A stretch of 63,304 bases of DNA, filler included. It is 6 parts of 6 records of this genome, joined end to end, with 100 filler letters (N's around TTAATTAATTAA, not from the genome) between each part and the next. Parts side by side here need not be neighbours in the genome. Positions count along the whole stretch, not along the records: positions 31,124 to 49,696 come from SRR2962707_969; positions 49,797 to 58,022 come from SRR2962707_980; 4 more parts are not named here. One strand, given 5' to 3'. The translations under genes were made by a program, and so were the position numbers. Below, in pieces: positions 42,250 through 53,000 of this stretch. The notes under the pieces were generated by a model that was not told where the DNA came from, searched no databases, and saw only the letters and a program-made list of their open reading frames with translations. The first letter of the stretch is position 1. Each line of letters starts with the position of its first letter.

Positions 42250-43593
42250 TCAGACTGCCTTGCTAAACTGAGGTGCCCGATCAGCCTTGCTCATCCTTGC
42301 ATCCAACGCAGTGCAAATCACCCGAATAACCTCTCTTCCAAGAGGTAAGACCTTCATTCCAGTTTCATTGTACGATATGAGACCTTCCTCCTGCAATTGA
42401 TCCAGTAATTTGTAATTAAGCGCCACGCAATGCTCCATGAATTCAGACTCATGCCAGGTTGTTTCAAAGTCACACATCAGATTCAGAATGTGCTTTCTGA
42501 AAAACAGGTCTTGTTTGGTGTGAATGTGGCCTTTGATGATTGGCAATTGTCCCTGTTCTATCTGCTCGTAATATTTTGGAATGCTCTTCTCATTTTGAGC
42601 AAATCCGGACCAGCTATCGCTGATCGAACTCACACCCAAACCAATCAATAGTTTGCTTGTGAATGGCGTGTAGCCCATGAAGTTTCTGTGCAGCTCACCG
42701 TTTTTGCGTGCTTCCAGCAATTCATCGCCCGGCAGCACATAATGATCCATGCCCACCTCTTCATAGCCTGCCTGAGTAAAAGCCTCTTTGCCCAGCTGCA
42801 TAAATTTCCACTTGTTATCCTCATTAGGCAAGTGCTGTTCATACGATTTCTGTGCCGGACGCATGGATGGAACATGCGCATAACTGTAGTAGGCAATTCG
42901 TTCCGGTCTCAGTTGTATGATCTGATCCAATGTATTTTGAACGGACTCAATGGTTTGCCCTGGTAGCCCGTAAACCACATCATAGTTTACCGAGGTGTAT
43001 CCAATCTCTCGAGCCTTCTCAGTGATCACTTTTACTTGCTCGAAAGACTGCATGCGATTGATCAGTTTCTGTACGTTCAGATCAAAATCCTGAATACCAA
43101 AGCTGACTCGATCGAAACCAAGTTCATGCAAAGTTTCCAAATGTTTTGCAGTCGTATTGGCCGGGTGCCCTTCGAACGACATCTGAAATTCTTTCGAAAG
43201 TGTCGCCTTTTCCATAATCCCTGATAGTAATCGGTTCAGGTTCTCCGGTGCAAAGAACGTAGGCGTACCACCACCCAAATGGATCTCGCGAATGAGCGGC
43301 TTTTCTGGTAGCTTTTCCAAATACAACTCCCATTCCTTCAACACATGATCGATGTAAGGACCTTCGACTTGATGGTTTTTGGTGATTCTCGTGTTGCACG
43401 CACAATAGGTGCACAAGCTTTCACAAAAAGGCAGGTGAATGTAGATGCTCACCTCCTTGCTGCTTTCCCAAAACGCTAATTGCAGCGTCTTTTCATACGC
43501 TTTGATGGTAAAGCTTTCCGGCTCCCAGAAAGGAACGGTTGGGTAGCTGGTATATCGTGGAACAGGTTGATTGTACTTTTTCAGGTCTTGCAT
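42250..43593 (-). CDS. hemN: Oxygen-independent coproporphyrinogen III oxidase
   Basis: PRYTSYPT, radical-SAM YIHLPFCESLCTYCAC, GGGTPT, RNFMGYT; likely ATG start at 43593. Confidence 0.95.
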   Translation of the reverse strand: MQDLKKYNQPVPRYTSYPTVPFWEPESFTIKAYEKTLQLAFWESSKEVSIYIHLPFCESLCTYCACNTRITKNHQVEGPYIDHVLKEWELYLEKLPEKPLIREIHLGGGTPTFFAPENLNRLLSGIMEKATLSKEFQMSFEGHPANTTAKHLETLHELGFDRVSFGIQDFDLNVQKLINRMQSFEQVKVITEKAREIGYTSVNYDVVYGLPGQTIESVQNTLDQIIQLRPERIAYYSYAHVPSMRPAQKSYEQHLPNEDNKWKFMQLGKEAFTQAGYEEVGMDHYVLPGDELLEARKNGELHRNFMGYTPFTSKLLIGLGVSSISDSWSGFAQNEKSIPKYYEQIEQGQLPIIKGHIHTKQDLFFRKHILNLMCDFETTWHESEFMEHCVALNYKLLDQLQEEGLISYNETGMKVLPLGREVIRVICTALDARMSKADRAPQFSKAV

Positions 43594-43612
43594 TCGAATC
43601 AAATATTTGACT

Positions 43613-43678
43613 CAAAGCTAGGAATGTGGTTAAGGGCTTGGTTTGAGGAATGCAAGGATGAAATATGATTTATGTCAG
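43613..43678 (-). promoter_or_regulatory. hemN promoter: -7 box TAGCTTTG and Crp/Fnr-like site ATGA-N6-TCAG
   Basis: Perfect TAnnTTTG at 43613-43620; ATGA-TTTATG-TCAG at 43665-43678. Confidence 0.55.
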
Positions 43679-43723
43679 CCGGCGAGTCGCCGGAGACATT
43701 TTATTAGTGTTAAGCCGCTTAAA

Positions 43724-43792
43724 TGTCATCATAATTTCAAACGAAGGACCTCATTCCCTACCCTCAGATACTTCGACAGGCTCAGCATGACA
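43724..43792. repeat. REP-like intergenic palindromic element (degenerate left arm)
   Basis: Bounded by TGTCAT...ATGACA; right arm AGATACTTCGACAGGCTCAGCATGACA. Confidence 0.55.
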
Positions 43793-43804
43793 CCAACCGC
43801 ACAA

Positions 43805-44485
43805 CTATAGCCCACAAACGGTAATCAAACCAGCGGCATTGGCCTGAACGAGTTGATTGAATTGTGGAAATGTGGTTAAGAGCCCACGCATTATCAGAAG
43901 TAAGCCTGACGTGATCGCAATAATGGGAATGGATCGGGGAATCAATGTTTTTACTCGTTGTGAGAAGATATTGCCGGCGAATGACAATGTGATTAATGCG
44001 GGTAGTGTGCCTAAACCAAAGAGGATCATAAAGGCGGCTCCTTCAAGCGGATTTCCTAAAGCCACTGCTCCTGCTGCTGCAACATACGTAAGACCACACG
44101 GGAAAAACCCATTTGCCACGCCACTTAAAAACCATCGTCTCCTTGTAGAAAGGTTTCTCGAAAGAAAAGACTTGAGGAATTGATAGAAACTTGACTCAAA
44201 ATAAAATCGCTCGAGTCTGTGACGGATTGAAGGGATGCCATAAAGCAGAATCAGCCCAAAGCCTAGAAAGAAAGCGAGAAACTTTTGAAGTTGTATCAAT
44301 GCGACTGTAGCGCCAAGCAATCCTAAAATGCCTCCAATTATAACGTAGGCAAGTATCCGTCCAGCATGATAGCTGGCAAAGCCACTTTTTGACTGTTTTG
44401 GCCCCATAAAAGCCATCATCACCGGACCACACATGCCGACACAGTGCAGACTTCCAAACAAGCCGATGATGAATGCTCCTATCAT
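43805..44485 (-). CDS. cbb3-associated DsbD_2 / TauE-SafE-like membrane protein
   Basis: GSLHCVGMCGP, YHAGR, GFFPCGLTY, FGLGTLP. Confidence 0.87.
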   Translation of the reverse strand: MIGAFIIGLFGSLHCVGMCGPVMMAFMGPKQSKSGFASYHAGRILAYVIIGGILGLLGATVALIQLQKFLAFFLGFGLILLYGIPSIRHRLERFYFESSFYQFLKSFLSRNLSTRRRWFLSGVANGFFPCGLTYVAAAGAVALGNPLEGAAFMILFGLGTLPALITLSFAGNIFSQRVKTLIPRSIPIIAITSGLLLIMRGLLTTFPQFNQLVQANAAGLITVCGL

Positions 44486-44904
44486 TTTAGATAGATACTT
44501 GACTGTTGCAAATAATCCGTGTTGTCTGCTTTCCAGGTGATATTCACCCGATAGTTACCAGCTACAAGTTCTGACTTACTGATTTCCTGTTTCATATCAT
44601 CCCCATGAGATATCGAAAATGTCTTATCGAATATCTTTCTGGAAGGATGGTAGAAGTGAATTTCTCCCTGTGCATCTTTAGGGAAGGTAAAAGTGACCGC
44701 ATCCACTGTTTGCTGCACTTGCACCTGCATTTCGTCTTCAGCCGCATTAGACAACTTATTCAATTTCTGCTGGTAAGCTATTTCCTTCGCATAATAGTCC
44801 TCTGCTACCAAATCAAAGTCTTCCTGAAACGCCTTGACTACCATGTAGCCAATGAACGCAGCAAAGAGTATAAATGCGACTACAATTTTATTTCCCCAGT
44901 TCAT
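44482..44904 (-). CDS. ccoH: FixH/CcoH cbb3 assembly protein
   Basis: MNWG-TM-DLVAEDYYAKEIAYQ, downstream of ccoG. Confidence 0.85.
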   Translation of the reverse strand: MNWGNKIVVAFILFAAFIGYMVVKAFQEDFDLVAEDYYAKEIAYQQKLNKLSNAAEDEMQVQVQQTVDAVTFTFPKDAQGEIHFYHPSRKIFDKTFSISHGDDMKQEISKSELVAGNYRVNITWKADNTDYLQQSSIYLK

Positions 44905-45037
44905 GATTCTTCTTATTCAATTTGTGTGAAACATCCCCCTCCCCAAGCGCAACCTAACGCACCCCCCTTCAAAGGGGGAATTGCTTCAATCAAAATCTTC
45001 AATTATTCATTTTCAATTCTTTGTCAATTCTCAATTG

Positions 45038-46465
45038 CTAGTTCGTTGGTCCAAGAAACTTTGTTTTTACTGTTTCCACCAATTCATCACCGGAATAAAC
45101 GCCGACGGTTGTCATCGTGCTCATGCTCTTTATGTCATTCGGATCCATAATAATAAAGAAGGCTCCTTCTCCAATTCCCTGCTCCTTCAACGCAATCTCA
45201 CCTCCTACCATTTGTATTTGTCCTTTTGGTTCAATGAGTTCAAAACGGACGTCCATCGCATTATTCGTTTTATTCACCATTTTCACCTGATAAAGGTTTG
45301 TGATCATTCCATCTTCCCGCTCCTGATAAAGGATACCTGGTGTTCTTAGGATGGTTGTTTCTAAATCAGACCGAATGAGCAATAATGTTATTAAAACACC
45401 TACCAGCGCAATCAACACGCCTGAATATGCCTTCATTCGTCCGGTAAATTTGAAAGGCTTCTTTTCGGCTATGTTTTCTTCTGACGCATACCTGACAAGC
45501 CCTCTGGGCTTACCGATACGATCCATAATCGAATCACAAGCATCAATACAGGCCGTACAGTTCACGCATTCAAGCTGCGTCCCGTTCCGAATATCGATCC
45601 CTGTAGGACACACATACACGCATTGCTTGCAGTCAATGCAATCACCTTTTCCTAATGCATCTCTATCTTCTCCTTTTCGGAACTTTCCTCGTTCCTCCCC
45701 GCGCTGATGATCATAGGCAACAACCACGCTTTGCTTGTCTAAAAGCACACCTTGTAATCGTCCATATGGACATATCGTTGTACAAACCTGCTCACGCATT
45801 TGGCTGAATACCCCATAAAATAGTCCGGTAAACACCACCATGGCAATGAACCCTGCAGTGTTTTCAGCAGGCCCTTGTTCTATGATATTCCACACCTCAT
45901 CCACTCCTACCAGGTAGGCCATAAATGTGTGCATGATCAGTGCACTAACCAGAATGAAAAGCGTATGCTTTATGGTTTTCTTTGTGATCTTTTCTCTATT
46001 CCATGGCAGCTTATCCAGCTTTTTTTGCGCCATGTAATCACCCTCGATCCAATATTCAATCTTTCGGAATACCCCCTCCATAAAGATGGTCTGAGGGCAG
46101 ATCCATCCACAGAAAATACGACCGAACACAACGGTGAAAAGTATGATGAATACCAGGGAAGCCAGCATCCCGATCACAAACAGAAAGAAATCCTGTGGCC
46201 AGAAAACCTGGCCGAAAATCACAAACTTTCGTTCGAAAATATCGAACAAGAGGAATGGCTGACCATCCACTTTTACAAAAGGAGCACCAAACAAAAAGAT
46301 GAGCAGGATGGTACTAACGATTGAACGATAATTCGTGAATCTTCCTTTTGGTTTTTTCGGATAAACCCACACCCGTTTCCCTTCCTTATCTACCGTAGAA
46401 AGGTGATCTCTAAAGGTCTCTTCAGCACTCTCCTGCTCCTGATATATGTCTTTTACGTCTGCCAT
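45038..46465 (-). CDS. ccoG: Cytochrome c oxidase accessory protein CcoG/FixG
   Basis: GRIFCGWICPQT, CTTICPYGRLQ, CIDCKQCVYVCPTGIDIR, CVNCTACIDAC. Confidence 0.95.
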   Translation of the reverse strand: MADVKDIYQEQESAEETFRDHLSTVDKEGKRVWVYPKKPKGRFTNYRSIVSTILLIFLFGAPFVKVDGQPFLLFDIFERKFVIFGQVFWPQDFFLFVIGMLASLVFIILFTVVFGRIFCGWICPQTIFMEGVFRKIEYWIEGDYMAQKKLDKLPWNREKITKKTIKHTLFILVSALIMHTFMAYLVGVDEVWNIIEQGPAENTAGFIAMVVFTGLFYGVFSQMREQVCTTICPYGRLQGVLLDKQSVVVAYDHQRGEERGKFRKGEDRDALGKGDCIDCKQCVYVCPTGIDIRNGTQLECVNCTACIDACDSIMDRIGKPRGLVRYASEENIAEKKPFKFTGRMKAYSGVLIALVGVLITLLLIRSDLETTILRTPGILYQEREDGMITNLYQVKMVNKTNNAMDVRFELIEPKGQIQMVGGEIALKEQGIGEGAFFIIMDPNDIKSMSTMTTVGVYSGDELVETVKTKFLGPTN

Positions 46466-46506
46466 TTAGAATGATTCACATTTAATAAGCCCATCTCAAA
46501 AGATTC

Positions 46507-46587
46507 GCCATTGCGAGTATAGCGAAGCAATCTTCTTCACATGTCGGGCTAACGTACTTGAGATAGCCGCACTTCGTTCGCTATGAC
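46507..46587. repeat. REP-like intergenic palindromic element
   Basis: GCCATTGCGA..GCGAAGCAATCT...AGATAGC..CTTCGTTCGCTATGAC imperfect inverted repeat between ccoP and ccoG. Confidence 0.6.
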
Positions 46588-46622
46588 GTTTCTTAATTTT
46601 TGAGATGGACAATTTTTTCTTG

Positions 46623-47627
46623 TTAACAGCATTCTCCCTCTTCCAGATCAGCTTCATCGTCAACAAAATCAGGATTCACTTCAGGATTCGGATCAGCTTC
46701 CTCCAACTCCACATCAGCATCAGGGCTTACATCAGCCTCGTGAGCTCGCTCAAAAAGATCCCCTTGTGGCTCTTTAGGGTTGGCAGGTGTTTGACCTTCC
46801 ATCATATAGATATAACTAGCCACTTGCTGCATCTTCTTGGGAGACAGCTGAGACTCCCATGATATCATACCTTTCGAAGGCACACCATACTTAATCGTAG
46901 AAAATATGGCCGTCATATCCCCTCCGTGGAGCCAATATTTATCTGTGAAGTTCGGACCTACACCTCCACCTCCATCTGCAGCGTGACACACCGTGCAGTT
47001 CTGCTCGTAAATAGCTCTCCCTGCATCCAGGTCAGCTGTTTCGGTCATTAAAGTGACATTGTTTTCATCAATCAGGTTATCCAGAGAAGCAAGATACGTT
47101 TGCACATCTTCCTTTGCCTGAATCATCTCAGCTTGAAACTCTTCATCTTGTGTAGGTCCAGTCCCCAGCACTTCGTAATTGATCAAATAAACCACTGCAA
47201 AAAGGATGGAAACATAAAATCCCCATAGCCACCACGGTGGAAGACGATTATCCAATTCGCGGATGCCGTCGTATTCGTGATCGGTTGCTACTTCATGTTC
47301 CTTAGCCACTGGCACGGATGCATTAATGCGATTCCAGAATCGTCTCCAGAATCCAACACCTTCTTCTCCTTCTTTTACCGGGATCAATTCTTTTTCTTCC
47401 TCAACAATACCCAGTTCAGCCCGCTTTAGTTTCAAAACAACTCTCAAGGCCACCAACAAGGTGTACATCGCAATAATCGCCACGAAAGCCACTACCACTG
47501 CCAATCCCAACACCAGTTCGATCTGATACTGCTCGATAAAGGATTGCTGCGAAGTTTCATCCTGTGCCATTATAAGTCCGGGTATCGCAAAAATGAGTGT
47601 CATTAATATGTATTTAAGATTGCTCAT
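46623..47627 (-). CDS. ccoP: cbb3 cytochrome c oxidase subunit III
   Basis: DHEYDGIRELDNRLPPWW, single CTVCH, GPNFTDKYWLHGG, GMISW. Confidence 0.93.
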   Translation of the reverse strand: MSNLKYILMTLIFAIPGLIMAQDETSQQSFIEQYQIELVLGLAVVVAFVAIIAMYTLLVALRVVLKLKRAELGIVEEEKELIPVKEGEEGVGFWRRFWNRINASVPVAKEHEVATDHEYDGIRELDNRLPPWWLWGFYVSILFAVVYLINYEVLGTGPTQDEEFQAEMIQAKEDVQTYLASLDNLIDENNVTLMTETADLDAGRAIYEQNCTVCHAADGGGGVGPNFTDKYWLHGGDMTAIFSTIKYGVPSKGMISWESQLSPKKMQQVASYIYMMEGQTPANPKEPQGDLFERAHEADVSPDADVELEEADPNPEVNPDFVDDEADLEEGECC

Positions 47628-47805
47628 GGTCAGTTTCGTTTTCGTTCAACGGAATATTTGAAATGTCATTGAATAGCTTCTTGTCTACTTTCAATACATA
47701 CACAGTAAGTGCAATAAAGAAGACAAAGAAGATGACAAAGGAGATCACGGGATAGATTTCTATCCCCGCGATGGTCTCCATATGATGTTTTATAAATTTT
47801 AGCAT
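47614..47805 (-). CDS. ccoQ: cbb3 oxidase subunit IV
   Basis: 63-aa single-TM protein between ccoNO and ccoP ending SNIPL. Confidence 0.85.
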   Translation of the reverse strand: MLKFIKHHMETIAGIEIYPVISFVIFFVFFIALTVYVLKVDKKLFNDISNIPLNENETDHEQS

Positions 47806-47823
47806 TGCTTCTAATCTTTAAGG

Positions 47824-49695
47824 TTATTCATCAGCCTCAGCTACACCTTCCACATTCTTGATATCGGTTCCCAGTCGCTGCAGGTAAGCGATCAACGCAA
47901 TAATCTCTGCATCACTACTCATTTTTATTCCCTCCATTTCAAGTCCTTTGGAAATCAAAGCTGCCTGTGCTTCTGCATCTGCCACTGCTTCCTGATCAAA
48001 TCCTTCCGGGTAAGGAACACCCAAGGTCTGCATCGCTCTGATCTTGGCCGGAGTTCGCTTCTTATCCCACTCCTGCTCAAAGAGCCAAGGATATGGCGGC
48101 ATAATTGAGCCCGGAGACATACTGGTCGGATCAAGCATGTGGTAGAAGTGCCAGCTATCCGGGTACTTACCTCCTACTCTGTGCAAATCCGGACCTGTTC
48201 GCTTGGATCCCCACTGGAATGGGTGATCATACACAAACTCACCCGCTTTAGAATATTCGAGATCAGCCGGATCGTATCGCATCACCTCAGAACGGAATGG
48301 TCTAATCATCTGTGAGTGACAGGTGTAGCAACCTTCTCTCACATAAATGTCTCTTCCATTCAGCTCTAATGGTGTATATGGTTTCACAGTAGAGATAGTT
48401 GGCACATTGCTCTGAATCAGGAATGTTGGGATAATCTCAATGGCTCCACCAATAGCGACCAAAATCAAACTCCACACGAGCATTCTTACCGGTTTCCATT
48501 CAAAAATTCTTCTGTGCCAGTGTTCGCTCTTCTCTGGCTTGTAGTCTTTCATCAATGGTGCAGCTTGTGCCTCAGTGCTTGGCTGGAATTTGCCAGAACG
48601 TGCGGTTTTAACAAGGTTAAATACCATCACAAACACACCACTTAAGTATAGCAATCCTCCGAATGCTCTTAGCGCATACATAGGAATGATCTGAGTCACC
48701 GTCTCAAGGAAGTTGCTGTAAACAAGCGTTCCATCCGGGTTGAATTGCTTCCACATCAAGCTTTGAGTAAACCCTGCCCAGTACATAGGGATCGCATAGA
48801 ATAAGATACCCATTGTACCAATCCAGAAGTGTACATTGGCCAGCTTCTGAGAGTGTAGCTTGGTGCCATATAGCTTTGGAATGAGGTAATACAGCATAGC
48901 GAACGTTAAGAATCCGTTCCACCCAAGACCTCCAACGTGTACGTGAGCCACGATCCAATCAGTAAAGTGACCGATCGCATTTACATTCTTTAATGAAAGC
49001 ATCGGGCCTTCGAAAGTGGCCATACCATAACAGGTAATGGCAACCACCATAAATTTCAAAATCGCATCTTCTCTCACTTTATCCCATGCGCCTCTCAATG
49101 TCAAAAGGCCGTTCAGCATACCACCCCATGATGGAGCAATCAGCATCACTGAGAAAACCACACCCAATGACTGTGCCCAATCCGGCAAAGCATTATACAA
49201 CAAGTGGTGAGGGCCTGCCCAGATATAGATAAATATCAATGCCCAGAAGTGAATGATCGAAAGTCTATACGAGTAGATCGGACGGCCTGAAGCTTTCGGG
49301 ATGAAATAGTACATCAAACCCAGGTATGGTGTCGTCAGGAAGAATGCCACCGCGTTGTGGCCATACCACCACTGCACCAATGCATCTTGAACACCTGCGT
49401 ACCATGAATAACTCTTCATGAAGTCAATCGGCAGTTCAAAGGAGTTTACGATATGTAGCATAGCTACCGTCACGAACGTGGCGATGTAAAACCAAATGGC
49501 TACATACAGGTGACGTTCTCTTCGCTTGATGATGGTCATAAACATGTTGAGGCCAAACACCACCCAAATCAATGCGATAGCAATATCAATTGGCCATTCC
49601 AGCTCTGCATACTCTTTACCGGAAGTCATTCCGAGAGGTAGTGTGATTGCTGCTGCCAGAATGATGATCTGCCATCCCCAGAAGTGGATCTTGCT
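47824..49695 (-). CDS. ccoN: Fused cbb3 oxidase subunits I+II (CcoN-CcoO), 5'-truncated
   Basis: KEYAELEW, QWWYGHNAV, WAGPHHL and HVH (CcoN) continue in frame into GRDIYVREGCYTCHSQMIRP and WGSKRTGPDL (CcoO). Confidence 0.96.
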   Translation of the reverse strand, partial: SKIHFWGWQIIILAAAITLPLGMTSGKEYAELEWPIDIAIALIWVVFGLNMFMTIIKRRERHLYVAIWFYIATFVTVAMLHIVNSFELPIDFMKSYSWYAGVQDALVQWWYGHNAVAFFLTTPYLGLMYYFIPKASGRPIYSYRLSIIHFWALIFIYIWAGPHHLLYNALPDWAQSLGVVFSVMLIAPSWGGMLNGLLTLRGAWDKVREDAILKFMVVAITCYGMATFEGPMLSLKNVNAIGHFTDWIVAHVHVGGLGWNGFLTFAMLYYLIPKLYGTKLHSQKLANVHFWIGTMGILFYAIPMYWAGFTQSLMWKQFNPDGTLVYSNFLETVTQIIPMYALRAFGGLLYLSGVFVMVFNLVKTARSGKFQPSTEAQAAPLMKDYKPEKSEHWHRRIFEWKPVRMLVWSLILVAIGGAIEIIPTFLIQSNVPTISTVKPYTPLELNGRDIYVREGCYTCHSQMIRPFRSEVMRYDPADLEYSKAGEFVYDHPFQWGSKRTGPDLHRVGGKYPDSWHFYHMLDPTSMSPGSIMPPYPWLFEQEWDKKRTPAKIRAMQTLGVPYPEGFDQEAVADAEAQAALISKGLEMEGIKMSSDAEIIALIAYLQRLGTDIKNVEGVAEADE

Positions 49696-49696
49696 C

Positions 49697-49796
49697 NNNN
49701 NNNNNNNNNNNNNNNNNNNNNNNNNNNNNNNNNNNNNNNNTTAATTAATTAANNNNNNNNNNNNNNNNNNNNNNNNNNNNNNNNNNNNNNNNNNNN
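49697..49796. other. Artificial contig spacer
   Basis: N-run + TTAATTAATTAA + N-run. Confidence 0.99.
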
Positions 49797-50000
49797 GGCC
49801 GCCGCCGCCTTGGTATAGGTCAGGCACAGGATCGTCTCGGGCTGCGCCCCGTCCAGCAGCAGCCGCAAAACCCGGCGCGACAGCACAAAGGTCTTGCCCG
49901 ATCCCGCATTGGCCGAAACCCAGGCATTGGCCCGCGGCTCGGCCACCCGCGCCTGCTTGGCGGTGGTATCGTGGGGGACGCTAAGGACTTCCGCGCTCAT
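49797..50000 (-). CDS. addA: Double-strand break repair helicase AddA, N-terminal fragment
   Basis: WVSANAGSGKTFVL, ILCLTYTKAAA; ATGA overlap with addB. Confidence 0.92.
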
Positions 50001-53000
50001 TCGCCGTCCTCCCCGCTATCGAGCAGCGTCCATTCCTCGGTGCGCGCCAGATGGTCGTAATCGCCCTTGAAGCGCTGGTTGGCCTTGGGCAGAACCCGCG
50101 CCGCCATGGGAAAATCGTCGCGCAACAGCAAGGCGCTCACATGGTTCTGGAACAGCGCAAATGTCGTATCGATCACCTCTGAAAGGCACATGCCCTCGGG
50201 CACAGCGTATTGGGTAATTTCAAGCGCCTTGGGCCCGTGCGAAAGCTTGATGAACGCCATGCCCTCGGTCTGGCCCTCAGCCCCCACAAAGCCGCCCGTC
50301 CGCGCCATATGCGCTTCCAGCGGCAGCTGCGGTGCAAAAAACTGCTTCATTTCCGGGGGCTTTGGCACCTGCCCGGTCTTGAAATCGATGATTTCCAGCC
50401 CGCCCGATGTCGTTCTGTCGATCCGGTCGGCCCGTCCCGAAAGCACGAATGGCGGGTCACACAGCGGCAGCTCGATCTTCCCCGAGATCTCGGCCATCCG
50501 CGCCGCGATTTGCGGCCTGTCGCGCTCGAAATCGAGAAAAGCCCGCGCAATCGCCCCAAACCGCGCCAGCCAGATATCGCGCCGCGCCGGAATGGCATCG
50601 AGCCGCCCATAACGCTCCCGCGCGATTGCCATGATCGTCTCGAACGCGTTGCCGTCCGCCGGGTCGTGGCCCGCCGCAAGAAAATCGCCAAGAATGTCGT
50701 GGATCAGCGTGCCGCGCTCGGCATGGTCGGGGTCGGCGCCCAAAGGATCGATGCGCCGCAGCGCCAGCACATGGCGCGCGTAAAGATCGTAGGGCGAGCG
50801 CAACAGCATCTCCGCCTCGGTGATCGAGAGCCGCCGCGGACGCACCGCCGCCGGTGGCTTCGGCGCAGGCCGCCCCGCCGGTTGCGGCGGCAGCCCGGTG
50901 GCGTCCAGCCGCCGTGCCATCTCCACCCACACCACGCCGCGCGCCTGCATCGTCTTGTTGATGTCCGGGCCCACAAACGCCTCCAGCCGCTGGATCAGCC
51001 GCGATGGGTTGGCCGGTGATGTTCCGGCCCGCTCGGGCAGGGTAAACACCACCTCCGGTCCGCCAGCCGCCATCAGAAAATCATGCGCCGCCAGCCCGTG
51101 CAGCTTTTCCGGCGGTTCCAGCCCGGCGGCCAGCCGCATGCCCCGGCTCATCCACGGCCCCGGATCGGCCACTTCGGGCCAAACTGTTTCGATCATCCCG
51201 GCCAAAATCATTCGATCGGCTTTCATCAGCCGTGCTTCGAGCCGCCCGAAAAGCTGAACGTCCTCGGCGTCGGGCTGGCGCGGCCGCACGCTCTGGCCGG
51301 CCATCAGCCCGTCCAGCGCGAAACCCAAGCCGCCACCAGTAAGTTTCGGCCCGCGCCCGCCCTGCCGGGCCGCCATTTCGATCCAGCGCGCCAGTTCGTC
51401 CTCGCCCTCCAGCGGCACTTGTTTTTCGCCCTGCGGTACGTCCCTCAAACTCTCGATTGTCTCGCCAAGCGTGGCCGCAACGTTGCTCGCTGCAAACCCG
51501 TCCCGTGCCATCAGCCTGGCCAGCGGCGTCAGCGCCGCTTCCAGCGCATCGATCAGCGCCGTAACTGCCTGCGCCTTGTCAGCATCGAGTTTCAGCGCCG
51601 GACGCCGCGTCGCGCCTTCAAGATTGTCGGCCACGGCGCGCCGCAAGCCGTCAAAGCCGGGCAGGGGCCTTTGCCCGCGCAACACGCCAAGATCGAGCCA
51701 TTGCCCCGCCAGCGCCACCTGGCCGCGCCCCAGTCCCAGCGCCACATGCCGGTTGCGCAGCAGCGCCATGATATCGACTGCCGATAGCCCGTTTGCCAGC
51801 ACCGACACCGCCTGGCGCACCAGTCGCCCGGCGCGCGATAGCAGCAAGGGCGTGCCCGCAGCATCGTCCAGCTTCACGCCGAACCGTGCAAGCTCGGCAC
51901 AAATCCGCCGCGCCAGCGTCTGGTCAGGCGCAATGATCGCCACTGACTTGCCCTGTTCCAGCGCGTCATGCACGCAAACGGCTATGGCCCGCGCCTCTTC
52001 CTCTGGGGTGCGCGCCACGAGAAGCGACAGTCCCTCGGTGCCCGCCTCCAGCCCCGCGCCCAACCCCTGCGCAATCGCTTGCCATTGCGCCGTGGCATCA
52101 GGCAACCCCAGCGCTGCGTTGAGAATTTTGGTACGCGGCGCGTCATGTGGCGCCAGTTCGGTCACCGCCTCAGGCACTGTGCCCAGCCGCCGCAGCAATC
52201 GCGCCAGCCCGTATTGCGGGTGCCCGTGCGGGTTGTGTCCCGGATCGTTCAGCGTGTCGCTATCGATCTGCCTGTCGAGCCCTGCCAAGACCACCGCACC
52301 ATTGGCGAGCTTTGCCACAGCCCCGATCAGATCGGCAGTCGCCGGGATCGAGCCGGTCGAGCCGGCCACCACCACCGGCCGGTCCCCATGCACCACCTCA
52401 AGCGATGCCGCCTTGCGCTCGAGCAGGATATTGGTGCGCTCCGCCGCCTCCATCTCGCCCTCAGCGGCCAGAATGTGCGGCCAGGCGTCCAGAACGAAGG
52501 TCACGAAATCGAGGTGCTCTTGCCACTGGGCCGGCAACTGGTCGCTCTCGATCCCTTTGAGCGAGCGCGGGTCGAGCCGCGCGATTGTGAAATCGTCGAT
52601 CAGCGTGCCCAGCGAATCCGCCAGCGCAAAGATTTCAGCGCCATTGGGCGCGCCGGAAAACCCGCCCGGCCCAGGCGCCGAAAACGCGCCTTCGCCTTGC
52701 ACCGCCAACCAGCGTTCGATGATCTCGGCCAGAAGCAACCGCCGCTTGAACCTGTTGATGGCGCCCGGCAGTTCCACCGGCTCATAGGGCGGAATGAACG
52801 GTTCCTGGCTCGGGTCGTCCCCGCCTAGCGGCCTGATGTCGGGCAGCAGCATCGGCGTATCGCCCAGCCGGTCGGCAAGGATGCGCGACAATTTGTTGGC
52901 GGCGCGTCGCGTCGGTAGGTAGATCGTGAAGTCCGACAGCCAGAACGGCCCCTCACGCCGCCAGCCGGGCGCAACGCGTCCGTCGATGATCGCCTCAGCC

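Noticed and set aside
47824-49695. CcoN-CcoO fusion as a novelty
   Set aside because: Fused ccoNO is the usual arrangement in Bacteroidota.
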